From: Amphiscolops sp. MND2022
Taxonomy: Eukaryota
DNA length: 64,000 nucleotides
Direction: 5' to 3'
Assembly: GCA_964187785.1 (NCBI GenBank)
Contig: OZ076412.1
Location: forward strand, 23,064,001 to 23,128,000
Made by a program: the position numbers and the translations under genes. This document shows, one piece after another, positions 36,601 to 48,600 of this stretch. Numbering within the stretch: the stretch's first letter is position 1; the number at the start of each line of letters is the position of its first letter. The notes below the pieces were generated by a model. It was not told where the DNA came from and ran no database searches. It saw only the letters and a list, made by a program, of their open reading frames with translations.

Positions 36601-39600
36601 GTCCTATGTGTGCAGTTAGATCAAAATACTATGTGAAGCTGAGCAACATAGGCAAAATTACTTGAACACTGACCAAAAATATGTACTGTATATTGAAAGA
36701 TAGATCGAACAAAGGTCCTATACGGCTGTGTTCATAGAATCTCAGCTACTTTAGAACTATAGTATGGTACTGTATGTTGAAAGATTGATCGAATATAAAA
36801 CCTATACGATCGTGCTAATTGGATCTTAGCTACTTTAGAAATATAGTATGGTAATGTATATTGAAAGATAGATCGAATATAAGTCCTATAAGACCGTGTT
36901 CATCGAATCTCAGCTACTCTAGACCTATAATATGGTACTGTATATTGAAAGATAGATCGAACAAAGGTCCTATACAGCTGTGTTCATAGTATCTCAGCTA
37001 CTTTACCCCTATCGTTTTGTAAAGTAAATGGAAAGATAAATCGAATATAAGTCCTATACGAAAGTGTTCATCGAATCTTAGCTACTTTAGACTTATAGTA
37101 TGGAACTGTATATTGGAAAATAGATCGGATATAAGTCCAATACGACCGTTCTCATCGAATCTTAACTATTTTAGACCTAAAATATGGTACTGTATATTGA
37201 AAGATAGATCGAACAAAGGTTCTATACGGCTGTATCTCAGCTACTTTACTTCTACAGTATGGTACTGCATATTGAAAGATAGATCGAATATCATTCCTAT
37301 ACGACTGTGTTCATTGAGTCTTAGCTACTTTAGTCCTATCGTTTTGTACTGTAAATGGAAAAATAAATCGAATATAAGTCCTATACGAAAGTGTTCATCG
37401 AATCTTAGCTATTTTAGAAATATAGTATAGTATTGTATATTGAAAGATAGATCGATAAATAAGGCAATACGACCGTGTTCATCAAATCTTAGCTACTTTA
37501 GACCTATATGGTACTGTATATTGAAGGATAGATCGAACATAGGTCCTATACGGCTCTGTTCAATGGATCTTTGCTACTTTAGTCCGATAGTAGGTACAGT
37601 ATACTGAAAGATAGATCGAATGGTCTGGTGGTATGAACTAACTGAAACTACGTTGACAAATGAAACGAACTTCCCATCCAAGTTGAATTTAGAAGTTTTT
37701 AATCATCCTAATAGTGGTCAATATCGCTACAGAATCAACTGAAACCTGAGCGAGTTGATTCAACGAGGTATGGTGATATAAACAAACTGGAACTTTCTTG
37801 ACAACTCAATCGAACTTCCCATTCAAGTTGAACTTTGAAGTTTCCATTCATCCTAATAGTCAATATCAACAAAGAATCAACTTAACATTTCTACGTTGTC
37901 TAATGGAAGTTATACAAACGGTTCTCGGAATTGATAAAACCAAACCTGACTCAAATAAAAACCGTTTCCATTATCATAACACTTTTTGACAATAAACGGT
38001 GTTGGACGAACTTCTGCAACAAACACGCAATGAACAAATCCGGATCGATTGAAGCAATTATTAGCGCTATGTTTAGCGGGAAAACGACCGAGCTTCTCAA
38101 ACGGGTTAAACGTTATAGTCATCGTCAAAAATCCTGCGTCGTGGTCAAATACGCAGGTGACTTGAGATACAGCTCCACGCATGTTGTTTCTCACGACGGG
38201 CAATCACTTGAAGCAATTGGGACATTGACACTGGATGCAGTTTACGAAAAAATGTCGCAATATGACGTTGTAGGTAAGTTGTGGTACCTTGCTTTTCCAT
38301 TCTTTTTATCTGAAAAATTGCTCAGAAATCGTTTCAGGCATTGACGAAGGACAATTTTTCGATGACATTGTTGAAATGTGTGACCAATTGGCTATGCCAA
38401 TGAAAATTGTCGTCGTCGCGGCACTGATTGGTATCCACCGCAGAGAGGGCTTCAAAACATTCTCAATCTCCTACCCAAAGTTGAATCAATTAAGATGTTT
38501 ACCGCTATTTGTGGTATGTGTTCGGAAGAAAGAAGTTGTTTCACAAGGCATCGAACATTAGTGGAACCAGAAGAAATAACAATTGGTGGTGAAAACGATT
38601 TCATCACACTGTGTCGCAAGTGCTGGAAACTCGAAGAACAAAACTAAAGAAAAAATTGAGCATTACAACCTCGATCACAAACACTAAATAACTGATTTCA
38701 TGTGTAACCCGTGAAAGTAAAAGATTTAATTTCAAACTTTTCTAGTCAGAGAACACACAATGCAAAATAGTCCAGTCAACAATTTCAGGACTTAGGAGCT
38801 TGAACAATTGGTTGTGGATGTTCAACTGGTGAGGTGCAGTTAATTCGTTTTCTGTGCTATAGTTTTCTTTCAAAATCATTTTCTTTCATTGTTTTGGATG
38901 TTTGAAAATATTTGTGTCAACTCAGTGAATAATTCTTTTTTTGGTCTCTTGTGCTGCACAAGCAAGCAGTAAACCTTTTAAAAACTCGCGATAATGTTAT
39001 TTTGACAAAAACTCGCTCATGTTCATCTCATTTTCGGTTTGCAGAAACCTCCCGTTACAATACTTGAGCGAATAGTTAAAAATTTCATCGTCGAACACAG
39101 CCTAATTTTCCGGGTAGATTGCTGCGAGCATCGTGACTGAACCAAGGCTGAATGTTTTTCGGTTGGTGTCAGACAGTCAGCAAAAAGTCCATAGCAACAA
39201 ATTGTACATTGTGTCACTGATTTCACTACGCAAAGAAAAATACCCAGAGAACTGCAATCAAGCTATCAATTCTACCAACTCCAATACGAGCAGCAGGGAG
39301 AAGGCTATGCGTCGATGAGAGCAGAACGCGGACTGGTTCCCGGATGAGCGTAGGTACCCTGAGTTTTGAAGATACGAAGATGTAGCATCTCGACTGTATG
39401 AATGAAAATTGAGTTTTGAAAGCTCAAAGGGGAAACTTGAAAGTAAATAGTCTCAGTGCTCAGAGTTTGGTCTTGCAGCTTTATACGAATTCATCCGACT
39501 TGTATACAGCAATCGCACTGTATCAGAACAGTGGCTACACTGGGATTGCTGTGTCTGTTCTGCTGAGCAGAACTTGAATTGCTGCTGTTGTTGGTTTGTA

Positions 39601-42600
39601 TGATTGAATACGAAGAAAAATTGACTAGCAACATCTGAATACTGGTTTGGAGATCCACAGGAAAAAAAAGTGAATTAATAGTCCTACAGAGTAACCAAGA
39701 ATTTGTTGTTCTTGCTAGCACTTTCATTCTGAATCGCGAGATGATTTGTGAATCCTGGCGCAAAATTATTTTCATGATCCTTTGCAAACCATGTATTTTC
39801 AGTTGACGTGGACAGTGTTGAAACAATATTATGAGAGTTTCCAGAAACCTTTCTGAACGTATACTCTAAAAAACTAGGTCAAAAACAACTTACAATCACT
39901 TTCCAAAGCCCGACTCCAAAACGGATTGTATTTGTATCGAAATTATTTCCCACAAATTATCGAATTTTTACCGTTTAAACATTGTGATTCTTGTGTTGAA
40001 ATTGAGTGCCCGGTAACGCTGGGTCGAAAACTTCAATTCAAGCAGGCAGTGTGGTCTGAGTGATTAGTCCTGCAGCTAGATACCATACTAATCTGAATTG
40101 TATCGAGCGATCAAATCACTGGGGTCACACGCAGAAAACTTCGCCGTTACAATACTTGAGCGAATAGGTAAAAATGTCATCGCTAAATACAGCCTAATTT
40201 TCCAGGTAGATTGCTGCGAGCATCGTTACTGAGTCAAGGCTGAATGTTTCTCGGTTGGTGTCAGACAATCAACAAAAAGTGCATAGCAACAAATTGTACA
40301 TTGAGTCACTGATTTCACTACGCAAAGAAACATACCCAGAGAATTGCAATCAAGCTATCAATTCTACCAACTCTAATACGAGCAGCAGGGAGAAGGCTAT
40401 GCGCCTATGGGAGCCGAACGTGGACTGGTTCCCGCATGAGCGCAGGGAGCCTGAGTTTTGAAGAAAAGAAGATAAAAAAATGTAGCTTCTCGACTCATTG
40501 AATGAAAATTGAGTTTTGAAAGCTCAAAAGGAAAACGTGAAAGTAAATAGTCTCAGTGGTCGGAGTTTGGTGTTGCAGCTTTATACGAGTTCATCTGACT
40601 TGTATACAGCGATCGCACTGTATCAGAACAGTGGCTAAACTGGGATTGCAGTGTCTGTTCTACTGAGAAGAACTTGAATTGCTGCTGTTGTTGTTGCTGG
40701 TGTGTATGATTGAATACGAAGAAGAAAAATTGATTGGCAACATCTGAATACTGGTTTGGAAATCCACAGGAAAAAAGTGAATTATTAGTCCTACAGAGAG
40801 ACCAACAATTTGTTGTTCTTGCTAGCACTTTCGTTCTGAATCGCGAGATGAACTTTGTGAATCCTGGCGCAAAATTAGTTTTCATGAACCTTCGCAAACC
40901 ATGTATTTTCAGTTGACGCCGACAGTGTTGAAACAATTTTATAACAGGTTCCAGAAACCTTTCTGAACGTGTACTCTAAAAACTCTTACAAGTCAAAAAC
41001 AACTTACAATCATTTCCAAAGCCCGACTCCAAAACGGATTCTATTTGTATCAAAATTATTCCCCACAAATTATCGAATTTTACCGATTAAACATTGTGCT
41101 TCTTGTGTTGAAATTGAGTGTCCGGTAACGCTGAGACGAAAACTTCAATTCAAGCAGGCAGTGTGGTCTGAGTGATTAGTCCTGCAGCTAGATACCATAC
41201 TAATCTAAATTGTATCAAGCGATCGAATCACTGGGGTCACACTACTGTTTTGATGGTACAATTGAAGACTAGTCGCTCATCTCGTGAAGTCTCACATTAA
41301 CTGCTTCGGGTTTGATTCAATTCTTCACTGACGGATTGCCGTCTCACTCACTGATTTCAAAGCGACTCCTTCATCGCAATGTGGCTCCTGAAGGCAACTG
41401 ACCGAAAACCAAACGACGTCGAAAAAATTGTGACTTTCACGAAGCAGAGGATTTTTGAGACTCCAAGTTGTTTTTGTACAGCTGTTCAAATTTCACATTT
41501 CTGTGCCAACCGTACCTTACCAACTTAACTCCAAGCAGGTGGAGGCCATGCGCCGACGAGCGCAGGGCGCTGACCGGGGTCCGGTCCGCGCTCTTGGCCT
41601 CCACCTGCTTGGAGTTAAGTTGGTGCTATCGAAGCATTCCGGGCCGCGCTCAACGGCGCAAGGCCTCCACCTGCTTGGAGATGAGTTGGTAGAGTTTTGA
41701 CATTTGAACAGCTATACTTCGCCACCGACCGCCGCGATCCGGGTTTCGGCTCGCCGATCGCCGCAATCCGGGTTTCGACTCGCCGATCGCAGCGATCCGG
41801 GTTTCCACTCGCCGACCGCAACAATCCGGGTTTCCACTCGCCGACCGCAGCGATCCGGGTTTCCACTCGCCGCCGCCGAGTCAAAGGGCAACTCTTGGAA
41901 CCAAACCAAACGAGGTCTATGGTACAAAGAATATTTTGATCCTCTCAGCAAACATTTGATTTGGTCCATCCTGGCTCTTTGGGAAATCTGTCTGCAGATC
42001 AAACACCAGCAAAGCTTGTTTTTAAATATGCGGTAATCTTGTTGACTTATCCATCAAACGGGCCTCAAACTTTTGACTAAATCGCACTGTATTCTAAGAT
42101 TGACCTCAGCATTGTATATCAAACTATTCCTACCTATCAAACTGGTCATTTCCTTACTAGTCGTATGATGAAGACTTAACTTGGGTTTACAACCAAATTT
42201 CAGAAACTAAAGTATGATGAGAATGTTAGGTTTCAGACAATGTTGCTTCAGACGATTATAGTGACTGTGATGAATCAGTGAGCTGCAGCAACAGCAGCAG
42301 CAGTGTCCCCAATTCTGACAGTGATACTTAAATCGACTCCCTCAATATTTTAGATGCCCTCAATAACAGCTGCTCGTCGCGTGCTTCGAGCTACGCGAGG
42401 CCACTGAAACAAGCTTCGAACTCTGACTCGGCAAATTCCATTTGGTACCGTTTCATTCATAGTGTATCGATCACTTGATATTCACCATTGATATTAACCT
42501 AATTGTTAATTTAGATGCGGCCGATCCTGGCCTTAATCAATCAATCAGCTTCTAGCTCTAACGATGATGGAGAATTCGCAAATGTTCTTGACTGGGATGC

Positions 42601-45600
42601 TCTATCTGACTGAATATTCGTCAAAAACGCCAAATAAAATAAAGACACGTTCTAACCATTAGTTGTCTCGTCAGATCATCGATTTTCTGCAGGCGTTCAC
42701 TTGTTATCCTAGTTGTGTGCACCATTCCTGACTTTGGAAGCCCTGCAGTTGAAATAAAATTTTTGAAAAATTCTGAAAAATTTCGAAGTCCCACAACGTT
42801 TGCTCGGGAAATGCTAGAACGCTGAAACCTCGTTGAAAAGGCCAAACGGTTTTGCTCGGGAAAATTTTGGGCAGGGGTTCCCCCTATACAGGAGGGGTCT
42901 TGGAAGAACTTTTTCGGTAAAACGGTAGTGATCAATCGGGATTTTCCTGAAAAATGGTCAAAAACGCCAAATTAAAATAAAGACACGTTCTAACCAGTAT
43001 TTTTCTCGTCACATCATGGACTTTCTGCATGCGTTCACTTGTACTTCTAGTTGTGTGCACGATTCCTGACTTTGGAAGCCCTGAAGTTGAAATAAAATTT
43101 TTGAAAAATTCTGAAAATTTTCAAGTCCCACAACTATTGCTCGGGAAATGCTAGAACGGCGAAACCTCGTTAAAAAGGCCGAATGGTTTTGCTCGGGAAA
43201 AATTTGGGAAGATGTTCCCCCTATACAGGAAGGGTCTTGGAAGAACTTTTTCGGAAAAACGGTAGTGATAAATCGGGATTTTCCTGAAAATTCGTCAAAA
43301 ACGCCAGGTTAAAATAAAGACAAGTTCTAACCAGTAGTTTTCTCGTCAAATCATCGACTTTCTGCAGGCGTTCACTTGTAATCCTAGTTGTGTGCACGAT
43401 TCCTGTCTCTGGAAGCCCTGCAGTAGAACTAAAATTTTCGAAAATTTCTGAGAATTTTCTAAGTCCTACAACTTTTGCTCGGAATATGCTAGAACGCTGA
43501 AACCTCGTTAAAAAGGCCGAATGGTTTCGCTCGGGAAAAATTTGGGCAGGGGTTCCCCCTATACAGGAGGGGTCTTGTAAGAATTTTTTCGGAAAAACGG
43601 TAGTGATAAATCGGGATTTTCCTGAAAGTTCGTCAAAAACGGTCCTAAGTAAAGGCCAGGTTAAGATAAGAAGATGTGCTAGCCAGTATTTTTCTCGCCA
43701 CATCATGGACTTTCTGCATGCGTTCACTTGTACTTCTAGTTGTGTGCACGATTCCTGACTTTGGAAGCCCTGAAGTTGAAATAAAATTTTTGAGAAATTC
43801 TGAAAATTTTCAAGTCCCACAACTATTGCTCGGGAAATGCTAGAACGGTGAAACCTCGTTAAAAAGGCCAAATGGTTTTGCTCGGGAAAAATTTGGGAAG
43901 ATGTACCCCCTATACAGGAAGGGTCTTGGAAGAACTTTTTCGGAAAAACGGTAGTGATAAATCGGGATTTTCCTGAAAATTCGTCAAAAACGCCAGGTTA
44001 AAATAAAGACAAGTTCTAACCAGTAGTTTTCTCGTCAAATCATCGACTTTCTGCAGGCGTTCACTTGTAATCCTAGTTGTGTGCACGATTCCTGTCTCTG
44101 GGAGCCCTGCAGTAGAACTAAAATTTTCGAAAATTTCTGAAAATTTTCTAAGTCCTACAACTTTTGCTCGGGAAATGCTAGAACGCTGAAACCTCGTTAA
44201 AAAGGCCAAATGGTTTCGCTCGGGAAAAATTTGGGCAGGGGTTCCCCCTATACAGGAGGGGTCTTGTAAGAATTTTTTCGAAAAAACGGTAGTGATAAAT
44301 CGGGATTTTCCTGAAAGTTCGTCAAAAACGGTCCTAAGTAAAGGCCAGGTTAAGATAAGAAGATGTGCTAGCCAGTATTTTTCTCGTCACATCATGGACT
44401 TTCTGCATGCGTTCACTTGTACTTCTAGTTGTGTGCACGATTCCTGACTTTGGAAGCCCTGAAGTTGAAATAAAATTTTTGAGAAATTCTGAAAATTTTC
44501 AAGTCCCACAACTATTGCTCGGGAAATGTTAGAACGGTGAAACCTCGTTAAAAAGGCCAAATGGTTTTGCTCTGGAAAAATTTGGGAAGATGTACCCCCT
44601 ATACAGGAAGGGTCTTGGAAGAACTTTTTCGGAAAAACGGTAGTGATAAATCGGGATTTTCCTGAAAATTCGTCAAAAACGCCAGGTTAAAATAAAGACA
44701 AGTTCTAACCAGTAGTTTTCTCGTCAAATCATCGACTTTCTGCAGGCGTTCACTTGTAATCCTAGTTGTGTGCACGATTCCTGTCTCTGGGAGCCCTGCA
44801 GTAGAACTAAAATTTTCGAAAATTTCTGAAAATTTTCTAAGTCCTACAACTTTTGCTCGGGAAATGCTAGAACGCTGAAACCTCGTTAAAAAGGCCAAAT
44901 GGTTTCGCTCGGGAAAAAATTGGGCAGGGGTTCCCCCTATACAGGAGGGGTCTTGTAAGAATTTTTTCGGTAAAACGGTAGTGATAAATCGGGATTTTCC
45001 TGAAAAATCGTCAAAAACGACAAATTAAAATAAAGACACGTTCTAACCAGTAGGTTTCTCGTCAAATCATCGACTTTCTGCAGGCGTTCACTTGTAATCC
45101 TAGTTGTGTGCACGATTCCTGACTTTGGAAGCCCTGCAGTTGAAATAAATTTTTGAAAAATTCTGAAAATTTTCAAAGTCCCACAACTTTTGCTCGGGAA
45201 ATGCTAGAACGCTGAAACCTCGTTAAAAAGGCCAAATGGTTTTGCTCGGGAAAAATTCGGGCAGGGGTTCCCCCTATACAGGAGGGGTCTTGTAAGAACT
45301 TTTTCGGTAAAACGGTAGTGATAAATCGGGATTTTCCTGAATATTCGTCAAAAACGCCAGGTTAAAACAAAGACACGTTCTAACCAGTAGTTTTCTCGTC
45401 AAATCATCAACTTTCTGCAGGCGTTCGCTTGTAATCCTAGTTGTGTGCACGTTTCCTGACTTAGGAAGCCCTGCAGTTGAAATAAAATTTTTGAAAAATT
45501 CTGAAAATTTTCTAAGTCCCACAACTTTTGCTCGGGAAATGCTAGATAGCTGAAACCTCGTTAAAAAAGCCAAATGGTTTTGCTCGGGAAAATTTGGGCA

Positions 45601-48600
45601 GGGGTTTCCCCCTATACAGGAGGGGTCTTGTAAGAACTTTTTCGGTAAAACGGTAGTGATAAATTGGGATTTTCCTGAATATTCGTCAAAAACGCCAGGT
45701 TAAAACAAAGACACGTTCTAACCAGTAGTTTTCTCGTCAAATCATCAACTTTCTGCAGGCGTTCGCTTGTAATCCTAGTTGTGTGCACGTTTCCTGACTT
45801 AGGAAGCCCTGCAGTTGAAATAAAATTTTTGAAAAATTCTGAAAATTTTCTAAGTCCCACAACTTTTGCTCGGGAAATGCTAGAACGCTGAAACCTCGTT
45901 AAAAAAGCCAAATGGTTTGCTCGGGAAAATTTGGGCAGGGGTTCCCCCTATACAGGAGGGGTCTTGTAAGAACTTTTTCGGTAAAACGGTAGTGATAAAT
46001 TGGGATTTTCCTGAAAAATGGTCAAAAACGCCAAATTAAAATAAGGACACGTTCTAACCAGTAGTTTTCTCGTCAAATCATCGACTTTCTGCAGGCGTTC
46101 ACTTGTAATCCTAGTTGTGTGCACGATTCCTGACTTTGGAAGCCCTGCAGTTGAAATAAAATTTTTGAAAAATTCTGAAAATTTTCTAAGTCCCACAACT
46201 TTTGCTCGGGAAATGCTAGAACGCTGAAACCTCGTTAAAAAGGCCAAATGGTTTTGCTCGGGAAAAATTTGGGCAGGGGTTCCCCCTATACAGGAGGGGT
46301 CTTGTAAGAACTTTTTCGGTAAAACGGTAGTGATCAATCGGGATTTTCCTGAAAAATGGTCAAAAACGCCAAATTAAAATAAAGACACGTTCTAACCAGT
46401 AGTTTTCTCGTCAAATCATCGACTTTCTGCAGGCGTTCACTTGTAATCCTAGTTGTGTGCACGATTCCTGACTTTGGAAGCACTACAGTTGAAATAAAAT
46501 TTTTGAAAAATTCTGAAATATTTCTAAGTCCCACAACTTTTGCTCGGGAAATGCTAGAACGCTGAAACCTCGTTAAAAAGGTCAATTGGTTTTGCTCGGG
46601 AAAAATTTGGGCAGGGGTTCCCCCTATGAAGGGGTCTTGGAAGAATTTTTCAGAAAAACGGGAGTGACAACTCGGGATTTTCGTGAAAATCAAAACGAAT
46701 CAAATAATAAAGTTTGCCAATTTCAACTGGTTATTAGATTTTAAACACTCGTTAAAACGGGTTTGTCAAAAATCTCAAGGGGGATCCTTTTGTACCATTG
46801 GAAAATTCGCCAAGAAACGTTATATTCGTTATACGTTAAATCCGGTATGGATCATTTTTGTCGAAGGGGACTCATTAGCACTCGAGCGTCAGTTGCCTTG
46901 TTCGTTTGCAAACAAAATTCGCGCCTAGTCTACCGAAATCCCCTTTTTCTATGCAATCTGTGAGCTAATTAGAAAGAAGTGTTGACATATCGTTTCACCA
47001 ATTTCAACAAATTCAACTCAAGATTCGTGAGAAAAATAAATTAACTCTCTGAACGTTCAGAATTTGTGATTGGAAAACAGTTACAGCTGAGAGGTTTTTC
47101 TAGGTCGTTTCGGAGCCTTGAATACAACCAGGGCCTGATCATCTTCATCTGTCGCTTCTCCTTGTTGCACTTCTTCAGCTGTCTGTGCTTCTTGTTTTTC
47201 TTGCTCTGCTTTCTCCTCCACTGATGCAGTTTCTCCAACTTGTCCCAGTACCTCTCTTGCTTCATCTTCACCGTGTGATTCCAGCCAGCTACGATACTTC
47301 AATACCAACCCGCAATGATGGATGCTTAGGTGAAACTTTTTCTCCATCCGATCTTTGTCCTGATTGAATTTGAACGCCTTGAGTGTATAATACACTGCCT
47401 TTTTAGAAACCAAATCAACGTTGTAGATGTTTGTTGAGACACGGAAGACGTCGTGTTCTCCTAAATTCGATAAGAACTCACGAGACAAACTATAAATGTT
47501 ACCAACTTTCACCTTTTGTAATGAGCGGGAAAAGAACAAATGGAAGTAACTGTCACGTTTGAACATTTTCAATGATTTTACCTGAAATTTCAACAGTTTG
47601 AATTGACGTTTTTGCCTTTTTGTTTCGATTTTTAGACCTTTTTCTTTGCCCTGATTCTAAATCTTATCCAAGTCCTAAAATTATAGATCTCAACTCGTAT
47701 TGTGTTCGTTTTTGACTCTAGAATATTAGATCTTTTTCTTTACTCCCACCCGAAATACAGTAACTTGAAATTCCATGAAGCACCAATTCAAATTTCAGAA
47801 ACATACTTTGTTGGTGAAATATGATTGTAGTGAACCTGCTGTCCGTTTTCAACCCGTTATCTTCGGTGACCGGAGGCTTATAAATAAGTCCCACAACTTT
47901 TGCTCGGGAAATGCTAGAACGCTGAAACCTCGTTAAAAAGGCCAAATGGTTTTGCTCGGGAAAAATTTGGGCAGGGGTTCCCCCTATACAGGAGGGGTCT
48001 TGTAAGAACTTTTTCGGTAAAACGGTAGTGATCAATCGGGATTTTCCTGAAAAATGGTCAAAAACGCCAAATTAAAATAAAGATACGTTCTAACCAGTAG
48101 TTTTCTCGTCAAATCATCGACTTTCTGCAGGCGTTCACTTGTAATCCTAGTTGTGTGCACGATTCCTGACTTTGGAAGCACTGCAGTTGAAATAAAATTT
48201 TTGAAAAATTCTGAAAATTTTCTAAGTCCCACAACTTTTGCTCGGGAAATGCTAGAACGCTGAAACCTCGTTAAAAAGGTCAATTGGTTTTGCTCGGGAA
48301 AAATTTGGGCAGGGGTTCCCCCTATGAAGGGGTCTTGGAAGAATTTTTCAGAAAAACGGGAGTGACAACTCGGGATTTTCGTGAAAATCAAAACGAATCA
48401 AATAATAAAGTTTGCCAATTTCAACTGGTTATTAGATTTTAAACACTCGTTAAAACGGGTTTGTCAAAAATCTCAAGGGGGATCCTTTTGTACCATTGGA
48501 AAATTCGCCAAGAAACGTTATATTCGTTATACGTTAAATCCGGTATGGATCATTTTTGTCGAAGGGGACTCATTAGCACTCGAGCGTCAGTTGCCTTGTT

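Noticed and set aside
36680-37621. CRISPR-like appearance of the short-period arrays (also 41724-41868 and 10262-10452)
   Set aside because: There are no unique spacers, the units are contiguous and diverged, no cas genes are present, and the context is eukaryotic.
38030-38647. TK as a direct intronless viral acquisition, or as an ordinary functional nested host gene
   Set aside because: It has a GT-AG intron, a frameshift and altered conserved motifs, and it lies between the element TIRs.
40553-40936. 127-aa poly-Q ORF and its paralogue 39491-39826
   Set aside because: An indel shifts the frame between the two duplicate copies, differences look mostly non-synonymous, and the poly-Q comes from a CAA/CAG microsatellite.
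41455-42036. Several overlapping Arg/Ser-rich ORFs on both strands
   Set aside because: They are by-products of a GC-rich MITE and the 29-bp minisatellite.
42621-46693. Repeated ~99-aa minus-strand ORFs (MAFLTRFQRSS...)
   Set aside because: They are translations of the satellite monomer. The periods (338 and 689 bp) are not multiples of 3 and frames break between copies.
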